From contig NC_134027.1 of the NCBI RefSeq assembly GCF_964204645.1, positions 18,314,560-18,378,559 of the forward strand: a stretch of DNA of 64,000 nt, given 5' to 3'. Shown piece by piece: positions 1 through 64,000 of the stretch. This stretch comes from Tubulanus polymorphus. Its lineage: Eukaryota; Animalia; Nemertea. The notes below the pieces were generated by a model. It did no database searches. It worked only from the letters and a program-made list of their open reading frames with translations, and was not told where the DNA came from. The stretch's first letter is position 1. Every line of letters starts with the position of its first letter. Made by a program: the position numbers and the translations under genes.

Positions 1-499
1 AGGCCATAACTAGCTGCTATTAAGGCATTCCACTGACTGGCTCTACCCACTATATTTAGGGCCTAAATCTATTCTAGGCGCATCCCCCAAAAAAACTAGG
101 CATTAGGCCTTAGTAAGTAGCCAACAATGAACATTGCTTCACCGAGTACTCATTTGCGACCATAAGATCTTACTCATATAGGTTAACGGATTCTCACCTT
201 AAAATACATAAACTCCGCTGTCGTTGTCATCGATCCGAGTCGTCAACTGAACGCGGAAGTAAAATTCCTACAATTTCGGTCCATATCGCTTTGGTTTAAG
301 CCAGAAATCTTCAGGAAATGTAGCCAACGTAAATTGATTTACGAATAGAATTAATCAATTGACTCATTTTAGAAATCATGGTTTCGTGAAATTCATTAAA
401 GTCCTAAAACTCGCGATAAATTTAAGCCGAAAATGATTTCAACCATCCACCATGTTGTTTCATTAATAAAACAATTGTTGCGCGCCGGCACTGTACTGA

Positions 500-587
500 T
501 GTGTGTCCTGCCTGAATGCATGGTTTCACTAGGATTCGAACCCTCAACCTCTCAGTCAAACACTTTATCCACCCCTGCCACAGCCAG
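500..587 (-). mobile_element. Degenerate tRNA-derived SINE head
   Basis: Minus strand reads GGCTGTGGCAGGGGTGG (A-box-like) ... GGTTCGAATCC (B box) followed by CAGGCAGGACAC; no full cloverleaf. Confidence 0.4.
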
Positions 588-1974
588 GACGCGTCTTTTA
601 TCGTTAGTGGGAGTACTCGACACGGCGAGTGGCGATTGCTACTATCACCCGGTGTTATCTTACAGTAAGTGATTTCAAGTTTAAAATAGGATGAAGAGTG
701 CATTGATAGAATCTACGCGGAGAGAAAGTCTGTTATATTTCTATCAGAATTCAAAATTCCGTTTAGTAGTTGTTGAATCTGAGAGACGATGAATTTTATG
801 TGATGAAAAAAAGTGGAAAATATGTAAATGATAATAATAACAATCAACAGAATTACAAGAGGGTTTTCGACGAAAGTCGGAAAACCCTAATAAGAAACAC
901 GCGAATCTCAATAGGGTTTTCTGTGATGTAACAGAAAACCCTAATAATAATTTATAGTCATGTTTGAAATATTTGGATCAGTATCAGTCGTGCTAATGTA
1001 CATGCAGAATTGGATTCCGAATCATTGCTATTATGGGATGATAATTCACGGGCTTCAAGAGTCCTACGATATACCCTTGATGTGAAGCTTTTAAAAGTTT
1101 ATCAGAGACTTGTTTTGGAGTAAACCGAATAGCCCTTAAAATACCGATTCCACATGGCTTAACGGCCAGTGTCTATGCTCTGCGAGACAGTAGTAATAGA
1201 TTATATGTTTCACGATAAACGCACGATTTAGATATTTATTATACTTTCTTTCACTCCTCTATTATATTACATAACTGAGTAATTCTTACATTAGATTGCT
1301 TAATTACAGGCGGAAAGAGGTCAGATGGCATGAAAATCGACTGTGGCTGACTAATTGACGCGCGCAGATAAAGCGTTGAGGTTTCAAAAGGTGTCGCCAA
1401 AATGCTTGTATCATCAGGGGTAGACAAATTATCTGAAAGATAAATGAAAACTCCACCTTGTCGATCGTCAGTTGATTTAGCTGTAATTATTTCGTCTGGA
1501 TCAATCGACACATAATTCATTTCAAAATCTGTGTTCAGTAGAATTTCTTTCAATAAAATAAGAATCTATTTGACTAATTTTTTGCTAATGTATTCAGGAG
1601 TGAATTTTAATTGATTTAAAATCAGAGAAAGCATTCTTCAAAAATTTAGAAAATCCTAGACTCATAATCAAATTCTGTGAAGTCATTTAGGTCTTTTGCT
1701 CGAATCAAGCCAAGGGCTCAGGTGGCTAAAATACAATTCCTCACTATCCTGTAACGCCGAGTACGACGAGTTTACACACTGAAAAACTTTGCGCTGTATA
1801 AGTGTAATTTGGATAAGTCAGCATTATAATAACGGCCCTGTCCCGCGAGCTCCATCTGAGACATAAACAAGTTGGACTGTATTGCTTCGATGCTTTGACA
1901 AATGGACTCCTAATATCCTCATATCCAGCATAATGTTGACCCAGGTTGCGCTCTCCAAGCTGCTATGCAGCTTT

Positions 1975-2645
1975 ATTTTGTATTAGTTTGTTAACTGCGG
2001 CACAGTGGAGCGTTCGCGTTGAAAACAGTCGTGTACAGTCACGTAGGCAATTTAGCCTTACTCTCGTGTTCACTGTACGTGTATATCAGTTATAGAATAT
2101 GCGCGCCACGGCGTAGGTCGCACGTAACAACGATGTGTCTGAGTGAAGATGAAAGCTACTTAAAGCAATCCTATCGAATCGTGATATTATTAAAAATCAT
2201 GTCAGTCGATAAACTTTGTTTCGTCAGTAACCGGCTCTGACTGGCCTCAAATTTGAAGAACTTGGGACCTTCTAACCTGATTGGTCCGTATGACAAAAAT
2301 GAAAAAACCTCCGATGAAACCCAGGCTCTCACCAAGTTTGTACCGTATCTTATCGGGTCACTCATAGTTCTAGTTGTTTTACATAATTCAAGGGATGTAT
2401 TACAATTATGAACATTTGTTCGGACAAAAAGGCCCATAATCAATTTTTCGAAGATTTCATTCTCGTTAAAAGACAGTCATCATTAAAATTCACACTGAAC
2501 AAAATCCTTTATCCAAGTCCTTTATCATATATTTTTTCTTGTTTAATTTTAAATGATATCATTTTTGCATACCAGTAGCCTATAACGTGATATATTTTTA
2601 CTTCACACCAGTTTGGCGGGCCACTGGACCATTGGTCCTTTATCT
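1975..2645 (+). mobile_element. Partial Helentron-type non-autonomous element (HINE/DINE-like), same family as 48516..49886
   Basis: Closely matches 49350..49885 apart from indels; ends GGCGGGCC-ACT-GGACCATTGGTCC-TTTAT (subterminal repeat plus hairpin). Confidence 0.7.
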
Positions 2646-2761
2646 TAATTTTATGATCATAGCAATATGTTGTGTGTACCTAAACTATGCATTCATTAGT
2701 ATAGTATAAATGAGAATATCAGGTCCAATGTTGATAAATACTTCGCTTAATTTCCCTCATA

Positions 2762-2852
2762 TTTCCTTCTGGCATTTTCACCTTTGGCATTTTTACCTAT
2801 GGTGTGATTTTTCCTCTGGCATTTTTACCTCTGGCATTATTACCTGGATTCC
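2762..2852. repeat. Short tandem array of about 18-nt units (TTTTWCCTYTGGCAT), likely a MITE remnant just upstream of the CYP start
   Basis: About five imperfect units, ending CCTGGATTCC. Confidence 0.55.
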
Positions 2853-2991
2853 ATAACACGTACGTGTGCTAAAGTGCAGCATACAGTGTGTATACATGCA
2901 GTATTGCCGATACACAATATACTACTGGTACGTACAGTATAGTAGTACAGGACTGAAACAGGCTATATACAGACGTATATACAAATAAGCT

Positions 2992-58879
<55,888 letters not shown>

Positions 58880-58947
58880 TTGTTGATGTAGAAATGAAAA
58901 TCCTACCATTTAAAGTTGACTAAAAGTTATCTAGAACAATTTCTTCT

Positions 58948-60059
58948 AGCCCACTTGGGACATAAGTCCCAGCGGGCTATTGCGTTCACTTTTCGTCCGT
59001 CTGTCCGTAGACGGAATCTAGGTATTTTGGGAAGTTTTGAAGACCCTTTGTAGTTCGCCAAAATCAGCAATCTTTACACATTTTTGAAATTTGAGGGAAA
59101 TGTTGAAGACGCTTTATTCAATTACCTTGATCTTTCGGATATATTCGAATCCTCCAAGGGCCCTTCAGCAGAAGAAAAATTGGGTCGATCGGACTCAGGA
59201 TGGCCGTCCTATGACCTTTTTAGTGCCAAAAATGTCTTTGCCCGAATTCTGAGTCCTGTAGCTTCCTATTGGTTTGGCATTTCTCGTTGCAATTTGTGAT
59301 GGGTATTCTTTGGAATGGGGTGTTTTATACCTGTGACAGGTATTTTTTTAAAATTCAAAACAAAGATTATTTACAGAGTGGGCATTCTTTGGAAACTGTT
59401 GTTTTAAACCTGAGAAGGATAATTTTTTTCATTCAAAAACAAAGATTGTTTACAGAGATACAGACAGACAAGTATACAATTACACGTACATAAACATGAA
59501 GAAATAAAAGAAAAAGACAAAGAAAATTAAAGAAAAAAAACAAACCATACAAAGGCAAATTTAGCCAATTTTAATCAAAAATTCATACTCAAGCGTACGT
59601 ATGTAATTTATCATAATTTATCATATATAGATGAATTATTATTGTTATTTTTGACCAGCCAATTATGACGCAATTGGCGGCCATCTTGGTGTCATCAAGA
59701 CTCATTCGTAGGTGGGAAAAAGTGTGTCCACATTAAATTGATACCTAAGCATATTCGTTACCACAATCCATTGTAAAGTTGTAGCTCATAACGTGTTCTA
59801 TGATTTTTGTGATTTTCAAGGTCATTAGTTTTAGTATATGGCCACCAGGGGGCGTTGAATAATATGATAACTTAATATTTCTATGTTAAATTTAAATTTG
59901 TACCTATGCATATTTTGTTACCACAATCAATTGGAAAGTTGTAGCTCTTGACATATTCTATCATTGTGGTGAGTTTCAAGGTCATTGGCTTTTGAAAATG
60001 GTTACCAGAGGGCGTTGAATACTGAAACTGTTAGAATGTTGAGCATTTGAAACCACTTC
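58948..60059 (+). mobile_element. HINE family A copy starting 68 bp after the CYP stop codon
   Basis: AGCCCACTTGGGACATAAGTCCCAGCGGGCT start; body colinear with 29325..31794; 3' terminal hairpin missing. Confidence 0.8.
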
Positions 60060-61951
60060 TAGAAATCTAGAATAAATGAGTCTATAGAAAATAATTATCG
60101 ACGACACCATGGACAGCTAAAGTTCGGTATAGTTTTTATGAGACTGTGTTTACTACTATATGTTTATCATGTAGATGCAGTTCTTCTTTGAGCTGGGGCC
60201 GGCTTTTTAATGCCCTCGTGTAAATTGGCCAATATGTTAGAACGCATTTTAATTTCGAAAAGTACATTTACACCAATCACTGATGAAGGCTATTAGGCCG
60301 ATGTGGCTTACAAATGCAGGCATACATGTGCCTACCTGAAATATTTCAAATAAGTTTGATATGTTTTACAACTTGATGTCAATTTTCAAATATGACTTTA
60401 CATTTTTACCTTAACTTCATATACTGTGAATAATAACTATTGGATACTGTGATTTTAACCATTCTTAATCAGTGATAATTGTAGCATATGTGATGCATAT
60501 TTTAATCTGCAAACTAATCCAGATTGTTATAGATTTGTGATGATATTCTCAGGGAAATACGTAAATGTGATTCAGGTTGGCGAATATAGTTTAATTTTTA
60601 CTTTTGATGAACAAACATTTTTATACATTTGAATACTTTCAAAGAATGTATTTTTACACAGGGAAATTATCAAGAAAAACCCCATCTTGACACGCCGGGC
60701 ATCATATCTGTTTTATAACCAAATTTGAATTTGTGCTGCACAGTATTGGTGTTCGCGCGCACGCAAGGCTTAGACTAAGCAGGAGGCGGCTTAGTCCAAA
60801 ACGGGTCGACGCGTCTGTTGCGGACCATTACGTCCTACAAGCCGGTTGTGTCTGACATTAGTACTATTATCATTATCATAATTATTACGATTTCCGCTTG
60901 TAAAATTCTGAATGATTCTTGAAAACTTGTATTTCTCTTTTCTTGTATTCCTCGCCATCGCACGCGTATCAAAATAAGGTTTTCCGGTGCGAGAAATAAA
61001 AATGTTGCGTTCATGTAAATGATGTAACTCTGTCGAACAATGGAAACAACGGAAACAACGAAAAAGTCAAATGTCGGAAATGCGTCTTATGTTCTTTATA
61101 GGCCTACTTAGACTAAGCTGAGCGGACTCGGCGATCACACCAGGACGACGACGTACACTACAGTACAAAACAATCAGAACGACGATTAACTACAAAAAAA
61201 CATGACATCTCTATACGGTACATAATTGTCACACACAAAAATTAATAAGGAAAGCAACAAACTGGTTAAACATACCGAAACATTTGGACTTTGTACCGGA
61301 AATTGAAAGCACGTTTTTTGAGTTTTTTCGGCGGTTGAAAGTCATGTAGCCCTGTGGTGTAATGTCAAAATTTGGAAATAAATGATCCCAGTTTGGAAAT
61401 ATTTGGGAATTTGAAAAATTTTCCTCAAATCGGAAATTTGAGTTCTTTAAGTGTCGAAGTTGTGGCCTCTGCTGAAAAAAAATCTGGCAGGATCGTCACT
61501 CGGATTAAGCAAGCAGGTGCCTGAGGAGTGGGCTTCCAGGCGACGTGAGCAACTTCCAGAGCTGAGAGCTGCGAAAGCTAGAGGCAAACTCTAGCTTTTC
61601 TCGTTCGGGACAAGTTAGTGATCTGTGAAAACACTAACTGCATTCGAGGAAGGACGTAGCTAGCTAGGATCCTGCGGAGGGACTATGTGTGCAATTCATA
61701 GACCGATTGCGTGTGTGTCGTGTGATCGTTGTTGTGTTGTTGAGTTTGTAAATACATGTGTAGTGTATGTTTTTATGATAACAATTGTTAAGCTCAAATA
61801 TCCATTTGCTCCAGTCGGAGCCTTCCCGAATTGGGTACGTTGGTTTGTTTCGTTTATTTCCAAATTCCCTAGTTTTCCTCTTCCCTGTTCTGTGGGAACC
61901 ATGTAGACTACAAGGGGCCTAAACCACAGGCACGGATCCACGGTGTGAAGC

Positions 61952-63548
61952 TCAATTCAATTCAATAGATTTATTTGCATAGAATACAATATGTAAACAT
62001 ATATACAATCTACATAGGCCTAGCAAAGCCAGAAAGGCCGCTTAACGCTAGCACCCATACAAAAAATCAAACAAAGTACCGTAACAAAAATATACACAAA
62101 TTGTACAAATATAATTAACAAAATGACTCAGCAGAATGTGGATGCGTAATTATTATGTGATTGATTATTAATTATACAGTTTGGGGATTCAATAATCTTA
62201 AATAACAGTTATAGCAGTTAATATTATTGCAAACAGTGAGGTTACTATAAGTGGAGATGAGATAGGTCTTTGACATACATTTAACGGATGATTTACTTAG
62301 AAGGTCGATAACGTTACTAATTGGTAATGTTCTCCATATATTAGCAAGATATTCTTTCGGTGATTTTGTTTCTTTAAAATGTGGGTTTGTAAGTGAAGAA
62401 TAGTTGTGATCGAGGTGAATGCTTTTAATGATTAGATAATTTGTTGAGAGAAGATCTGCAGTAAAAAAGTTTTTGAAGTATTTTGGAGGGTTGTTTTTGA
62501 GTGTGTCATAGATGAAAAGGGTGGCTTTAAGTGTGTAGAGATCATTTATTTTGAGAAGATTAAGTTGTTTGAAGAGTGGTTCAGAGTGGGCAGTAAATTA
62601 GACTTAGTAATAATTCCAGTTATTTGTTTTTGAAGTAAAAGACATTTTTGCGTGTGTGGTGAGTGACCCCATGATAATATACCATAGTTTAAGTGAGGAA
62701 GGACAAGTGCATTGTAGATGAGGATGAAGTGATTTTGATTTAGAATTTGACTGCATTTATAGATGATACCCAGGCCTTGTGAAATTCGTTTGTGAACTTT
62801 TTCTATGTGGGGTTTCCAGTTAAGGTTTTCTTGTAAAATAATGCCTCAAACAAATAATCGCAACAAACTTAATGAGATAATTAAACTTTCGAAGAAACTT
62901 CATTTTCAAAAAGCACTATCTCTTTCAAATGGGAATATTAAAAATACCTGGAACATTTTCAAAACTATCATCGGTAAAACTAACTATAAGTCTGACATTA
63001 TCCACATCTTCAACATTAACAATGAAGAAACCTCGGACCCTCATTTAATCGCTAACTCATTCAACAAACAGTACAACAACATAGGGCCAAATCTTGCCAG
63101 AAAATTACCTACTCCAACGCAGTCATACATTGACTATCTAAATCGTACACCTAGGCACAATACTCATTTTCTCACGCCAGTCACAGAATTGGAAGTTATT
63201 CGCACGGTTAACAGTCTTAAATCGAAACACAGTTACGGCGATGACTCGCTATCCACATTTCTGCTACAACAAATTATCTTACTAATTTCTTCCCCGCTAA
63301 CTAATCTTATAAACCAATCATTTAAATTAGGTATATTTCCAAACTCTCAAAATATCAAAAATAATTCCACTTCACAAAACAGGGGATAAATCGAGCTTGG
63401 AAAACTATAGTCCAATATCTTTATTAAACTCTCTGTCGAAGGTTTATGAAAAGCTCTTGCATAATAGATTAATTAGCTATTTAGACAACAAGCTTTCCTC
63501 ATCTCAATATGGTTTCCGAAAACGCCACATAACTGAACATGCTATAGA
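61952..63548. mobile_element. L2/CR1-group LINE with an internal inversion (3' part on the minus strand, upstream RT part on the plus strand)
   Basis: Minus 62832..61952: ENLNWKPHIEKV...YNALVLPHLNYG..WG...LFKQLNLLKINDLY, then 3'UTR and (TTGAA)n tail. Plus 62833..63548: KNTWNI...SYGDD...YSPISLL...SQYGFR. Confidence 0.8.
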
Positions 63549-64000
63549 CTGGTCGCCTGTCCAATTCTGCGCCACCTGCATTCGCAGTCAGAATAGGACA
63601 GCTTAAACCCGTCCGCCATCTTCCGCGGAATATACGGATCCAATCAGATTTCAGTATTTCATCACGTGACCAATGTAACATGGCCGCCTTCAGAGTGTCT
63701 CGATTTACGTTCCATGGAGCTCTTAAAAGTCGATTTTTACATCAATGGAAGAAAGAAACTTGACCAAAACTATCAGGTAACGCTTTTGCGAGAACCTGTA
63801 CTGCGTTTGGCCTCGAAGATATCGACATACAAGGCAGTATGTCTCCGTTACAGCATCATCAAAATCTACCCTGCTCATAGGAACGGTCGTCAATCGACAA
63901 CACCGACGAACTTGAGATGGAAAAACCAATTTCTACTGACTGACCTACTGAACTGAACCAGCCATGCAGCAGAGGCCACGACACTGGCAATTTGTTTGTT

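Noticed and set aside
1251-1553. 100-aa minus-strand ORF upstream of the CYP
   Set aside because: No recognisable domain or splice support; lies among repeat remnants.
61346-61911. Solo LTR (TGTAG...CTACA)
   Set aside because: No TSD, PBS or polypurine tract identified; the right-hand CTACA belongs to a local palindrome.

Overview
Repeat-rich invertebrate-type eukaryotic genomic DNA. One host gene spans nearly the whole window: a 10-exon, + strand mitochondrial-clan cytochrome P450 (2992..58879). All splice junctions are GT..AG with matching phases, giving 1533 nt / 510 aa. Introns 1 (20.5 kb) and 6 (21.9 kb) are inflated by nested transposons. Intron 1 holds two diverged Tx1-group (L1 clade) LINEs in tandem, both ending at the same GACATATCG site and apparently lying inside a Helentron-type non-autonomous element. 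The second LINE carries a U1 snRNA 5' head and is itself interrupted by a CR1-like LINE and several MITEs. Comparing the two Tx1 copies gives the main new signals: (1) a shared in-frame UGA-C stop in ORF1 (UGA-CUAG in copy 1) followed by a conserved coding extension that runs up to the ORF2 start, a candidate for programmed stop-codon readthrough; (2) a conserved 50-nt 3'UTR element that folds as an H-type pseudoknot; (3) the U1 head and the shared target site. Intron 6 holds RTE-X-like LINE remnants, MULE-, IS3EU-, Kolobok- and hAT-like non-autonomous elements, a decayed Academ transposon and a 3.4-kb Polinton/Maverick-like derivative with complex internal palindromes. All family assignments come from motifs, termini and TSDs read by eye; no database search was run.
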